The notes under the pieces are model-generated. The model did no database searches and had not been told where the DNA came from. It saw nothing but the letters and a program-made list of their open reading frames with translations. This document shows, one piece after another, positions 37,886 to 47,598 of a DNA stretch of 64,000 nucleotides. Source of the DNA: Armatimonadota bacterium. Its GTDB lineage: Bacteria > Armatimonadota > SYMT01. The stretch lies in NCBI GenBank assembly GCA_041690135.1, contig JAWLHY010000008.1, positions 1 through 64,000 on the forward strand. Reading direction: 5' to 3'. How positions within the stretch are numbered: position 1 is the stretch's first letter; each line of letters starts with the position of its first letter. The translations under genes and the position numbers were made by a program.

Positions 37886-39769
37886 ATGAGGGCAGTAGGG
37901 GTTTTTCTGGCACTGGTCGGCGGCGCGGCGCTGGCGGCGCCGGCGGTCGGGGACAAAGCCGTGGCGACGGCCCCGCCACCGTCCGAATCACGGATCGACT
38001 GGACCGAAGCACGCCAGCACTGGTCCTTCCGTGCCCCGCAAGCCCGGCCGCGACCGGCCGTAAAACGCAAGGACTGGCCGCGGCAGCCCCTGGATTGGTT
38101 TGTCCTGTCCCGTCTGGAGCAGAAGGGGTTTGCTCCGGCTCCCGAGGCTGACCGGCGAACACTGGTCCGGCGACTCACCTACGATCTCACCGGTTTGCCC
38201 CCGACACCTGAAGAGGTCGGCGCCTTCCTGGCGGACGCCCGCGATGGTGCCTATGAGCGGCTCGTCGACCGGCTGCTGGCCTCGCCGCGCTTCGGAGAGC
38301 GCCTCGCCAGCATGTGGCTGCCCCTGGCCCGCTATGCGGAGGACCAGGCCCACCAGGTCGGAAACGACACCAAGTTCTTCTACCCGAATGCACACCTTTA
38401 CCGGCAGTGGGTGGTCGATGCCTTCAACCGGGATCTTCCCTACGACCGCTTCGTCCGCCTGCAACTCGCGGCGGATAGCCTCCGGGATGAAAAGGGTAGT
38501 TCGTCGTCGGAGTTGGCGGCGCTCGGGTTCCTGGGCCTGGGCCCCAAGTACTACAACCGCAACCGGCTGGACGTAATGGCCGACGAATGGCAGGACCGGG
38601 TCGATACGGTCACCCGCACTTTCCTGGGCCTAACCGTGGCCTGCGCGCGGTGCCACGACCACAAGTACGACCCGGTGACGATGCACGACTACTACGCCCT
38701 GGCCGGGGTGTTCGCCAGCACCAAGATGGTGAACAAGGCGCCGTCCGGGGTAGTCGCCGCCAATACCGAAGCCGCGAAGTTTCCGAAAGACGCGCTCCAC
38801 ATCGTCGAGGACGACAAGCCGCAGGACCTGAACATTTTTCTCCGCGGAAATGTGGAGAACAAGGGTCCGGTAGCCCCCCGCCGCTTCTTGCGCGTGCTCT
38901 CCGATGCGGATCCCGAGCCTTTCCGGCAGGGCAGCGGCCGGAGCGAGTTGGCGGAAGCGATCGTGGCCCCAGGCAACCCGCTTACGGCGCGGGTGATGGT
39001 CAACAGGCTGTGGGGCCAGGTCTTCGGCAACCCGCTGGTCGGCACCCCCAGCAACTTCGGTCTCCTGGGCGATCAGCCCACCCATCCGGAGTTGCTGGAC
39101 GACCTGGCAATCCGCTTCGTGAAGAACGGGTGGTCCGTGAAATCGGCCGTGCGGGAGATGGTCCTTTCCGCCACCTACCGCCAGAGTTCGGTGGTTGCCG
39201 CGGCGCCGCAGCCGGTGGCCAAGGGTAAGAAGCCGGTGGATCCGATGACCGCCGATCCGGCGAACGCGCTGCTGTGGCGGATGAACCGCCGCCGGCTCTC
39301 CGTCGAGCAGTGGCGGGACAGTGTGCTCTTCACGTCCGGGCAGCTCGATCTGACGGGGGGACCGTCGCTGGAGTTGACGGACCCGGCCAACCGCAAGCGC
39401 ACGTTGTATGCCCGCATCAGCCGCCTCAAGCTGGACGACTTCCTGACGCAGTTCGACTACCCGGACGCCAACGTGCATGCCGAGAAGCGCGCGGTGACGA
39501 CCACTCCCATGCAGAAGCTGTTCGTACTGAACAGTCCCTTTGCGCAGGAACAGGCGAAGGCTCTGGCGGCGCGCCTCACCGCCGACGCAGGTGAGTCCGA
39601 CCCGTCGCGGGTCACCCGGGCGTACCAGCTCCTCTACGCGCGCGAACCAACCGCCGCCGAGCTAGACCTGGCCCTGGCCTACCTTTCCGGCCCAGCGGAA
39701 GGGATGCCCCGTTGGGAGCGTTACGCGCAGGTGCTGCTGGCCGCCAACGAGATGATGTATTTGGACTGA
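37886..39769 (+). CDS. DUF1549/DUF1553 protein without the PSCyt1 domain
   Basis: HWSF, RRLTYDLTGLPPT, CARCHDHKYDP, HPELLD; AGGAG RBS. Confidence 0.92.
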   Translation: MRAVGVFLALVGGAALAAPAVGDKAVATAPPPSESRIDWTEARQHWSFRAPQARPRPAVKRKDWPRQPLDWFVLSRLEQKGFAPAPEADRRTLVRRLTYDLTGLPPTPEEVGAFLADARDGAYERLVDRLLASPRFGERLASMWLPLARYAEDQAHQVGNDTKFFYPNAHLYRQWVVDAFNRDLPYDRFVRLQLAADSLRDEKGSSSSELAALGFLGLGPKYYNRNRLDVMADEWQDRVDTVTRTFLGLTVACARCHDHKYDPVTMHDYYALAGVFASTKMVNKAPSGVVAANTEAAKFPKDALHIVEDDKPQDLNIFLRGNVENKGPVAPRRFLRVLSDADPEPFRQGSGRSELAEAIVAPGNPLTARVMVNRLWGQVFGNPLVGTPSNFGLLGDQPTHPELLDDLAIRFVKNGWSVKSAVREMVLSATYRQSSVVAAAPQPVAKGKKPVDPMTADPANALLWRMNRRRLSVEQWRDSVLFTSGQLDLTGGPSLELTDPANRKRTLYARISRLKLDDFLTQFDYPDANVHAEKRAVTTTPMQKLFVLNSPFAQEQAKALAARLTADAGESDPSRVTRAYQLLYAREPTAAELDLALAYLSGPAEGMPRWERYAQVLLAANEMMYLD

Positions 39770-39816
39770 GGTTGAGAGAAATGGACAAGGGAAACCGACC
39801 TCGTTGCGAGGGGCCG

Positions 39817-41202
39817 ATGGACGCGCCTGTGAACCGGCGGGAGTTGCTTCAGCGGATGTGCGCCGGGTTCGGGACACTGAGCCTCGCCGGGCTCATCGAG
39901 GATTCCGCATCCGCGGCGGAGAAGGCGCGCCTGCCGCATATCGCGCCCCGGGCAAAGCGGGCCGTGTTTCTGTTCATGAACGGCGGTCCCTCGCACGTCG
40001 ATACCTTCGACCCCAAGCCGGATCTGGAGAAGTTTGCGGGGCAGCAGCCGACCGGTGACCTGTATCGGAAGAACAAAGGGTCCGGTTACATGCCGTCTCC
40101 CTTCAAGTTCGCCCGGCACGGCCAGAGCGGCATCGAGGTGAGCGAGTCGCTGCCGAATCTGGCCCGCATCATCGACGATTGCTGCGTCATCCGCTCCATG
40201 CGTACGGACGTTCCGAACCATGAGCCGGCGCTATTGCAGATGCACACCGGCAACATCCAGCCGATCCGGCCCTCCCTCGGATCCTGGCTGCTGTACGGCC
40301 TCGGGACCGAGAACCGGAACCTTCCCGGCTACGTGGTGCTGCGGCCCACGCCGAAGATCGTGGTCGGTCCGGCGCTCTGGAGCAACAGCTTTCTCCCCGC
40401 GGAATACCAGGCGGCCAGCGTGGTGACGCAGGACATGCAGGTCGAGAAGCTGATTGCCAACATCCGCAACCCGCGCCTGAGTCCGGGAGAGCAGCGGGAA
40501 CAACTCGATCTACTGGAGCGGCTGAACCAGATCCACCTCGCCCGCCGGCCCGGTGATACGGAGCTGGACGGTCAGATCAAAGCCATGGAGACCGCCTTCC
40601 GCATGCAGTCGGAAGCGATGGAGACCTTCGACATCAACCGCGAACCGGCACACGTCCGGGAGAAGTACGGCGATACAGCCTTCGGCCGTTCCTGTCTGCT
40701 GGCCCGGCGGCTCCTGGAAGATGGGGTACGCTTTGTCACCGTATATTACGTGAATAACGGCAACCAGCCGTGGGACACGCACCAGAACCACAACCAGAAC
40801 CACCCGAAGCTGTGTGCCGACAGCGACCGCGCCTCCGCCGCCCTCATCGAGGACCTGAAGCTGCGCGGCCTCCTGGACGACACGCTGGTGATCTGGTCCG
40901 GAGAGTTCGGTCGCACGCCCTATGCCGAGCAAGCCGACCCCACGAAAGTGGGCCGCGACCACCATCACACTGCCTTCTCAACCCTGCTGGCCGGTGGTGG
41001 GGTCAAGGGCGGGACGGTTTACGGAGCCTCGGACGAGTTTGGGATGAACGCCGTGGAGAACCCGGTCCACGTCCACGACCTGCACGCGACGATCCTCCAC
41101 CTGATGGGACTGGACCACGAGCGGCTGCGGTATCGCTACAGCGGCCGCGATTTCCGCCTGACCGATGTGTTCGGCAAGGTGGTGAAGGACATTATTGCCT
41201 GA
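39817..41202 (+). CDS. DUF1501 family protein
   Basis: NRRELL Tat-like motif, FLFMNGGPSHVDTFDPKP, GEFGRTP, GRDHH. Confidence 0.93.
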   Translation: MDAPVNRRELLQRMCAGFGTLSLAGLIEDSASAAEKARLPHIAPRAKRAVFLFMNGGPSHVDTFDPKPDLEKFAGQQPTGDLYRKNKGSGYMPSPFKFARHGQSGIEVSESLPNLARIIDDCCVIRSMRTDVPNHEPALLQMHTGNIQPIRPSLGSWLLYGLGTENRNLPGYVVLRPTPKIVVGPALWSNSFLPAEYQAASVVTQDMQVEKLIANIRNPRLSPGEQREQLDLLERLNQIHLARRPGDTELDGQIKAMETAFRMQSEAMETFDINREPAHVREKYGDTAFGRSCLLARRLLEDGVRFVTVYYVNNGNQPWDTHQNHNQNHPKLCADSDRASAALIEDLKLRGLLDDTLVIWSGEFGRTPYAEQADPTKVGRDHHHTAFSTLLAGGGVKGGTVYGASDEFGMNAVENPVHVHDLHATILHLMGLDHERLRYRYSGRDFRLTDVFGKVVKDIIA

Positions 41203-41213
41203 GGGGGTGGACC

Positions 41214-41291
41214 TTAGGGACTGCCAAACAATAACCGCTAAAGTTGGGCGAGTGACGACCCACAAGTGGGTGCCCCGGCTACACACGGCGA
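41214..41291. repeat. GTAG-type REP-containing dispersed repeat, copy 2
   Basis: Inverted match to 13201-13278; followed by a direct duplication gcccacacccactc(t/c)gtgggtacccgg. Confidence 0.85.
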
Positions 41292-41401
41292 CTGCCCACA
41301 CCCACTCTGTGGGTACCCGGCGCCCACACCCACTCCGTGGGTACCCGGGCGTAAACCTGCGTCGGTTGGAAACGATGTAGCCGTTATTCCTTGGCGGATC
41401 C

Positions 41402-42907
41402 TTAGTCCGCCCCAGTGGTTGCGGGCTCAGGAGATTGGGTCGTAGGCTCCGTGTCGGGGGTGGGGGTGGGCTTTTTGGGCTCGGCCGTGCCGACGCGGAC
41501 CACGCCGCTGAACGGGCGGTAGTAGTCGCGGGTCACCACTTCCTGACGGATGACCTTTCCGTCCTTCTTCACCACGCGGCTTACGGTCACCCGGCGCCCG
41601 TTCTTAGCGGGTTCGACCACCACGCGACGCCCCTTGGGAAGCCGAGAGTCGTTGATCGACTTGTAACTCGCGGGGATGGTGGAGATCCGGCTGCTGACGA
41701 GGTTGATCTCCAGGTCGTCGTCCGGATGCCCGTGGATCAGCACCACGCAACGGCTGCCCACCACCTTGGCGTCGATGGCCACGGGATGCTGGAACCGGTT
41801 CTTGAACCGGAAGTCGATCACGCCGTCAACGACGGTGGCATCGCGTCCGGCCGGGACGTAGGCAACCGGGAACGCGTGATGGCGGCGCCGCACGATCTGC
41901 ATATCCGCCATCAGGGCGGCGTTGTACAGGGTGCTGCTCACCTGGCAGATACCGCCTCCCGTTCCAGGCTGCAGCTTCCCTCGCACGATGACGGGGGCTT
42001 CCTTATACCCGGCACTGGGAACCCGCGGCCCTACAATGTCGTTGTAGGAGAACTCGTCGCCCGGCAACAGGACGGTGCCGTCGATCGCCTTGCAGGCCAG
42101 TTGCACGTTGTGGATGCGGTTCCGGCTGCTCCCGCCCATGCTTGTGCTGAACCCGGTCAGTCGGGCGGTAATCGGCTTCAGGTCCTCCAGAGTGATCCGG
42201 GGCTCGGAAGTCCGGAGAGTCGCCTTGATTTCCATTACCGGCACCGATGCGAGCCAGGATTTGGTGTTGGCCTCCACGTCCAGAGATTCCGTTATCTTCT
42301 CGCGAAGAGCCGCGTCGTCTAGGAGCGCCTTGATCTGGGCCGTCATGGCCGCCGGATCTAGTTCCTTTCCGGGTTTCGGCGGGATGGCGGTGAGTTTGCC
42401 GCCTACGGTGGTCATCCGGGCATCGCGAGGATCCGCACCGATCCGGATCGAGAAACGGCGGAGAGCCTTCGCCACGCCTTCCTCTGCGAGCGTGACTTCC
42501 AGGGGAACCCGGCGTTCGTCCGGGCCGGTGAAGCGCTCACGGATCTTATCCAGCAGGTTGTCGGGAGTGGCGTCCGCTTCGAACAGAGCCGCCAGCGCTT
42601 TCTCGATGTCCACCCGTGCCCCGAGCTTGAGCGCCGTCGTCTTCTCGAGCGACTTCCCGTAGCGGACCCCGAGAGGGATGCCCGTGATACGCGCGGCATA
42701 CCCCTGAGCGAGCTTCTTCACCTCTTCCGGGGTTTTGCCTTCCACCGGAATATCGGCCAGGAACGAGGAAGGGCGCGCGACTCCGGTAGGGGTGGGCTCC
42801 GACCAGGCGCCGATACCCAGCGCCCCGGCCAGCACGATCCCGCACCCGGCAACTCCACCCGCGCCCCAGCGCAGACCAGCTATGTATCCCCTGTGTCGGC
42901 TTGCCAT
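41402..42907 (-). CDS. VanW family protein with PG-binding and G5 domains
   Basis: NRIHNVQLA, GGGICQVSSTLYNA, YVPAGRDATV, DFRFKN; N-terminal TM anchor. Confidence 0.92.
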   Translation of the reverse strand: MASRHRGYIAGLRWGAGGVAGCGIVLAGALGIGAWSEPTPTGVARPSSFLADIPVEGKTPEEVKKLAQGYAARITGIPLGVRYGKSLEKTTALKLGARVDIEKALAALFEADATPDNLLDKIRERFTGPDERRVPLEVTLAEEGVAKALRRFSIRIGADPRDARMTTVGGKLTAIPPKPGKELDPAAMTAQIKALLDDAALREKITESLDVEANTKSWLASVPVMEIKATLRTSEPRITLEDLKPITARLTGFSTSMGGSSRNRIHNVQLACKAIDGTVLLPGDEFSYNDIVGPRVPSAGYKEAPVIVRGKLQPGTGGGICQVSSTLYNAALMADMQIVRRRHHAFPVAYVPAGRDATVVDGVIDFRFKNRFQHPVAIDAKVVGSRCVVLIHGHPDDDLEINLVSSRISTIPASYKSINDSRLPKGRRVVVEPAKNGRRVTVSRVVKKDGKVIRQEVVTRDYYRPFSGVVRVGTAEPKKPTPTPDTEPTTQSPEPATTGAD

Positions 42908-42929
42908 GTACTACTGAAGTCTATACAAC

Positions 42930-44405
42930 TCACGCGCGCCGCCAGGTAGATCCATCCTTGCGATCTTCCACAACGATTCCCAACTCACCCAGGCTCTGGC
43001 GCAGTTCGTCGGCCCCCGCGTAATCCTTGTTCCTGCGGAGTGCCTGCCGGGCGGCAAGCACCAACTCCACGAGCGGCCCCGTAAGATCATTCTCGGCGGC
43101 TCCGCCGGCCTGAGCCAGTTCCAGACCGAGTACTCCACACAGATCCAACATGGCGGTCCGCGCGGTCTCGGCCGCGGCAGCGCCGGCCGGAGTCTTCTCG
43201 GCGGCGGAGGCCGTGAGTTGATTCATCTCGGTTGCCAGGCCGAAGAGGACCGCCAGGGCCGCGGGGGTATTGAAGTCGTCGTCCATCGCCTCCTTGAAGC
43301 GATCGACCACGGTGGCCACGTGCTCATCCAGGCCCTTTGCCTTCTCTTCGTCACCGGTGCCTTCGGGAAGTTGCAGGTACCGCTCTGCGCTCTGGAGAGC
43401 GATCTTCAGGCGGTCCATGGCCCGTCCGGCCTCCTGCAATCCCTCATCCGTGTAGTCCACGGGGGTGCGGTAATGTTTGCTGAGGACCCAGAAGCGGACC
43501 AGGGGCGCTCCGTACTTCCCGATTTCGTCCATGATGACGCGGAAGTTCCCCTTGCTCTTGGACATCTTCTCGCCGTTCACCATCACGGTGCCGTTGTGCA
43601 TCCAGTAACGGGAGAACGGCTGGTGGGTGGCGCACTCGGACTGGGCGACTTCATCCTCGTTGTGGGGGAAGACGTTCTCCACGCCCGCTCCGTGGATGTC
43701 CAAGGTCTCGCCCAGGTACTTCATCGCCATGGCGGAGCACTCGATGTGCCAGCCGGGAAAGCCGACGCTCCAGGGGCTTTTCCAGCGCATCAGGTGCCCC
43801 GTACCCTCCGCATTCTTCCAGAGCGCGAAGTCGGCCGGGTGGCGCTTTCCGCTGCCTCCCTCCACGTCGCGGTGGCCCGATTCCTGCTCTTCCAGGCGGC
43901 GGTTAGAGAGCTTACCGTACTCCTTGAACGACTCGACGTCGAAGTAGACGCTCCCATCGACCACGTAAGCGTGACCGTTCTCGATCAACCGCTCGATGAG
44001 CGCGATCATTTCGGGGATATGCCCGGTGGCCCGGGGCGAGATGTCCGGCCGGAGGCAGTTGAGCGCATCCATCGCCCGGAAGTACTCGCGGGTAAACGTC
44101 TCGACGAGCTGCATCGGCTGCACGCCGCGCGCGCGTGCACGCGCCGCCACTTTATCTTCCGCGTTCTCATCCACGTCGCCCTGGAGATGCCCCACATCCG
44201 TGATGTTCTGGACGTACAGGGTGTCGTAACCCGAGTAGCGGAGATAGCGAACGGCCACGTCGAACCCGATGTAGCTCTTGGCGTGCCCCAGGTGCGGGTA
44301 GTCGTAAACGGTGGGGCCACAGACGTACATATTCACCCGTCCTTCGTGAAGGGGTTCGAAGACCTCTTTCTGTCGTGTGAGGGTGTTGTAGATGCGCAAT
44401 GCCAT
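42930..44405 (-). CDS. cysS: Cysteine--tRNA ligase
   Basis: YVCGPTVYD, HLGH, DFALWK, GWHIECSAM, KMSKS, DDFNTP, ADELR. Confidence 0.97.
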   Translation of the reverse strand: MALRIYNTLTRQKEVFEPLHEGRVNMYVCGPTVYDYPHLGHAKSYIGFDVAVRYLRYSGYDTLYVQNITDVGHLQGDVDENAEDKVAARARARGVQPMQLVETFTREYFRAMDALNCLRPDISPRATGHIPEMIALIERLIENGHAYVVDGSVYFDVESFKEYGKLSNRRLEEQESGHRDVEGGSGKRHPADFALWKNAEGTGHLMRWKSPWSVGFPGWHIECSAMAMKYLGETLDIHGAGVENVFPHNEDEVAQSECATHQPFSRYWMHNGTVMVNGEKMSKSKGNFRVIMDEIGKYGAPLVRFWVLSKHYRTPVDYTDEGLQEAGRAMDRLKIALQSAERYLQLPEGTGDEEKAKGLDEHVATVVDRFKEAMDDDFNTPAALAVLFGLATEMNQLTASAAEKTPAGAAAAETARTAMLDLCGVLGLELAQAGGAAENDLTGPLVELVLAARQALRRNKDYAGADELRQSLGELGIVVEDRKDGSTWRRA

Positions 44406-44500
44406 GGGAGTATCCTGGTCCGGTACGTCTGTAACGTCACTTACGAGAAAGCTTAGCCACGAAGGCCTCGAAAGTATACCACGAGTGATGCCGCCGGGTA

Positions 44501-44614
44501 CACGGGGCAAGCACGTCCGAATGTGATACTCATCTTTCGAGTTGCGGCACCGGTTCGACGGTTCGGCCCGTTCAAACCGACCCACATTCAGACGTTTTCA
44601 CGCTTGTTCCCGCG
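44501..44614. ncRNA. Candidate structured RNA (three-way junction), unassigned
   Basis: Nested stems with G-U wobbles that favour the minus strand; no known family recognised. Confidence 0.3.
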
Positions 44615-44666
44615 GGGATTCCGCCCTCAGGCCCGATAGACCGTCCATCTGTAAGGAACCAAGACC

Positions 44667-45311
44667 ATGGAAGCGACGTCCGCACAGACGCTGCCCCGGC
44701 TGAACGAGCCGGCTCCCGATTTCAGCGCTACCAGCACCCAGGGCCCGATTTCACTGTCCCAGTACAAGGGAAAGTGGATCGTGCTCTTCTCGCACCCGGC
44801 CGACTTCACCCCGGTCTGTACCACCGAGTTCATCGAGTTCGCCCGCAACTACGAAGAGTTCGAGAAGCGCAATGTCCAGCTGATCGGTCTCAGCATCGAT
44901 AGCATCTACGCCCACATCGCGTGGGTCCGCAACATCGAACAGAACTTCGGCGTCGACATCAAGTTCCCGGTCATCGCCGACCTGGACATGAAAGTCGCCC
45001 AGCTCTACGGCATGATCCACCCGGGCGCGGCCAGCACCGCTACCGTCCGTTGCGTCTTCATCATCGATGACAAGGGCATCGTCCGTGCGATGGTCTACTA
45101 CCCGCTGACCAATGGGCGCAACATCGACGAGATCATTCGCCTGATCGACGCGCTGCAGACCCACGAGGCGCAGAAGGTCGCCACCCCCGCCAACTGGCGG
45201 CCCGGCGACAAGGTCATCGTCCCGCCGCCGCTGACCCAGGAAGGCGCCGAGGAGCGCTGCAAGGCCGACTACGAGATCACGGACTGGTACTTCGCCAAGA
45301 AGCAGATCTAG
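44667..45311 (+). CDS. Peroxiredoxin (Prx6 type)
   Basis: FSHPADFTPVCTTEF, YYPLTNGRNIDE, TPANW. Confidence 0.95.
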   Translation: MEATSAQTLPRLNEPAPDFSATSTQGPISLSQYKGKWIVLFSHPADFTPVCTTEFIEFARNYEEFEKRNVQLIGLSIDSIYAHIAWVRNIEQNFGVDIKFPVIADLDMKVAQLYGMIHPGAASTATVRCVFIIDDKGIVRAMVYYPLTNGRNIDEIIRLIDALQTHEAQKVATPANWRPGDKVIVPPPLTQEGAEERCKADYEITDWYFAKKQI

Positions 45312-45337
45312 GTTTCGGTCCGATCACTCGATCAACG

Positions 45338-45371
45338 AAGAGAGCCTCCCCTGTTCTGGGGAGGCTCTTTT
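45338..45371 (+). terminator. Rho-independent terminator, possibly bidirectional
   Basis: aagagagcctcccc-tgttct-ggggaggctctttt between convergent genes. Confidence 0.75.
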
Positions 45372-45392
45372 CATTTGAGCATTGGGCGTTAG

Positions 45393-45428
45393 GGTGGTCA
45401 GGTGTTCGGGTGTTCGGGTGCTCGGGCG
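45393..45428. repeat. 8-mer array GGTGTTCG (reverse of the 101-168 unit)
   Basis: ggtggtca ggtgttcg ggtgttcg ggtgctcg. Confidence 0.8.
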
Positions 45429-45612
45429 CCCCTGTTTGGGGGGGGGGACGTTGGGCAATCAGGCCACCCATCGGTTGGTGAACGTATAGGCTTTGGGCAT
45501 CGGCTACCGCAGTCTTGAGCTCGGAAGGTCATGGGGAGGAGCGAGAGACTAGAAGCAACTTCCCCGATCTCGCATTTCCACGGTAGAGGTGGTCCGCCTC
45601 GAACACTGGCGT

Positions 45613-46464
45613 CTATCCGGAGCACGGCAGCCACTCCTGGAGTTGCCTGGCTCCTTCTATGACCAGTTCATCCCTGGCCTCCGCGGATACCGTGGGTACG
45701 CCGTAGAGGTTGAGGGACAGGGCACCCCGGTACCCGTGCTTCTCGAGTGCGCGGAAGGTAGCGGGGAAGTTGACTTCGCCCTGCCCGATGGCTCGGTGGA
45801 AGTCACTCCGGGTGGCGTCTCGCAGGTGGACGTGGAACAGGCGATCCTCCACGATTTCCAGGAAAGCCGAGATGGGAATCCGCAGGTAGTGCAGGATGGC
45901 AGTGTCGAGGGTGATCCCCAGGCGCCGGTCGGGGAGCTCGTCGAGGAGGCGACGGAGCTTCTTCTGGCTGTTGAGTACGTCCCCCACGTCCAGCTTGACG
46001 GCCAACCGGACGCCTGTACTGGAAGTCCGACCCAGGATCATCCGCAGGGCACTGGTGGCGCGCGACCAGGCCGCATCCCACGCATCAACGTCGGTGCTGC
46101 CCAGCGACGTACTGACCACGCGGGCCCCCAGAGTGCGGGCGAGCCGGATGGCGGAGATGGTGTACTCGACCGCCTCCTCGCCGCCTTCTTCCTCCATGCG
46201 CGGAAGGTCCGGATGCTCCGCCGCTAACGCGACAACGGAGATGAGCGTGGGTTCACCGGCGGGCATGCCGGGTTGCAGCTTACCAGGTGGAAAAGTCGAA
46301 AGTTGGGTGCGGAGAGCGGCTGCGTCCACGGTGCGCGGATCGGCGTGGAGGGAACCGAGAGTGGCCGCCAGATCGAGGGCGGTGATGCCGGTCGAGGCAG
46401 CGACCTGGAGCGCCTCGTCGAGCGGTCGGTCGTGCCACATCTGGGTATTGAGCGCTAGAACCAT
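45613..46464 (-). CDS. Sugar phosphate isomerase/epimerase (xylose-isomerase-like TIM barrel)
   Basis: TLDTA, HVHLRD, IGQGEVNF, GYRGALS; some usual metal-binding Glu residues appear replaced (AVKLD, SLNL). Confidence 0.8.
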   Translation of the reverse strand: MVLALNTQMWHDRPLDEALQVAASTGITALDLAATLGSLHADPRTVDAAALRTQLSTFPPGKLQPGMPAGEPTLISVVALAAEHPDLPRMEEEGGEEAVEYTISAIRLARTLGARVVSTSLGSTDVDAWDAAWSRATSALRMILGRTSSTGVRLAVKLDVGDVLNSQKKLRRLLDELPDRRLGITLDTAILHYLRIPISAFLEIVEDRLFHVHLRDATRSDFHRAIGQGEVNFPATFRALEKHGYRGALSLNLYGVPTVSAEARDELVIEGARQLQEWLPCSG

Positions 46465-46543
46465 AATTGGAAAGGGGATTGTTGATTCGGCGGACGGTGA
46501 AATGCTCTGCCGGACGTGGAAGAACTGAGCAGGAGTTCTACCG

Positions 46544-47272
46544 GTGAGTTTTACCCTCGTTCAGCTATCCGCACTGGTTTTCCCCGTTCTCGCAGTGCTT
46601 TTTCTCCGCGCTCGATCGGCCGACCGTACCCACGCGCCTCTCGCATGGTCGGCGTATGCCCTGGGCGCGGTGACCCTGATCCCCGCCGCCTGGCTCGGCC
46701 TCCGTGCTGACGCGACCGTGCGCCTTGTGGATGACCACTACCTCCGCGGCCTGGCGGAGGCTTTCCTCAGTGCCGCGCTCCCGGAGCAACTCGTACGATT
46801 CCTCGTGGTCTGGTGGTTCTGCGAACGGGCGAAGGTCGCCGGCAAACGGATCGACCCGGTAGTGTGCGGCGCCTCCGCGGCGCTGGGCTTTGCAATGGTG
46901 GAAGGGTGGCTACACCCGATCGAAGATGATCAGTTAGGTGCACTTATAGGCGCCGGGGTCGCCATGGCCAGCCATGGCTTCGACGGTATGATCCTGGGCT
47001 ACTTTGTCCGCCGGGCTCTCGATGACCCCGAGCGCAAGCCGCAGTTCCTCGCACTGGCACTGGTCGTGCCCCTTACCCTGCACACGCTGTACGACTTCAC
47101 GCTGATGACCGAGATCCCAGCCCATCCGGCCCAAGCCGCAGCCGGAACCTCCCCCGCGGCGATGCTGCTGACCGGGCTTTCGCTCGGAATCCTGATGATG
47201 GAAGCCGTTTGGGCCATCCACCTCCTGGGCACCCTCCGCCATCCTCAGCCGGGTCCTGCATTGCGTCAGTGA
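46544..47272 (+). CDS. PrsW family intramembrane metalloprotease
   Basis: AALPEQLVR, ALGFAMVEG, SHG, LHTLYDF; the EE motif is altered to EQ. Confidence 0.78.
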   Translation: MSFTLVQLSALVFPVLAVLFLRARSADRTHAPLAWSAYALGAVTLIPAAWLGLRADATVRLVDDHYLRGLAEAFLSAALPEQLVRFLVVWWFCERAKVAGKRIDPVVCGASAALGFAMVEGWLHPIEDDQLGALIGAGVAMASHGFDGMILGYFVRRALDDPERKPQFLALALVVPLTLHTLYDFTLMTEIPAHPAQAAAGTSPAAMLLTGLSLGILMMEAVWAIHLLGTLRHPQPGPALRQ

Positions 47273-47481
47273 CGGTAGTGGGGCCGACCTACCGCAAAGT
47301 AGACGAGGGCCCCGACGCAGTTCAAGAAAAGAATGACCAGCACCCAGATGAGCTTGGTTCCCGCGCGATAGTAACGGTCTTCCGGAACGCGGATGGCATC
47401 CACCAGTGCCGCCAGCGTGATAATCCAGGGGATCAACCCGGCGCCGATCAAGAGCAACTCAGCAGGACCCAGCTCGAACAT
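47266..47481 (-). CDS. Small membrane protein, PLDc N-terminal domain
   Basis: ALVDA...KLIWVLVILFLNCVGALVYFAVGR. Confidence 0.85.
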   Translation of the reverse strand: MFELGPAELLLIGAGLIPWIITLAALVDAIRVPEDRYYRAGTKLIWVLVILFLNCVGALVYFAVGRPHYRH

Positions 47482-47598
47482 GCGAAAGAACCCTCTCATG
47501 GGATGTGGTCACCCCGAAGTGGCGCCATTCCACTTAACGGTGTATGTTGCCTCTGGTTGCGCCTCGGTCACCGCACCGCAGGGGAAGTGAGTTCCTTG

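Noticed and set aside
41402-42907. Vancomycin resistance locus
   Set aside because: Stand-alone VanW-domain proteins are widespread; no vanHAX or vanRS here.
44406-44666. T-box upstream of cysS
   Set aside because: No AAGGTGGxACC T-box motif or terminator seen.
44667-45311. Additional selenoproteins among the redox genes (peroxiredoxin, MsrP-like, Mo-bisPGD subunit, ferredoxin)
   Set aside because: Their catalytic or ligand positions are ordinary Cys codons in uninterrupted frames.
45438-45447. G10 tract as a phase-variation switch
   Set aside because: It lies between convergent gene ends, inside repeat-like DNA, not in a CDS or promoter.
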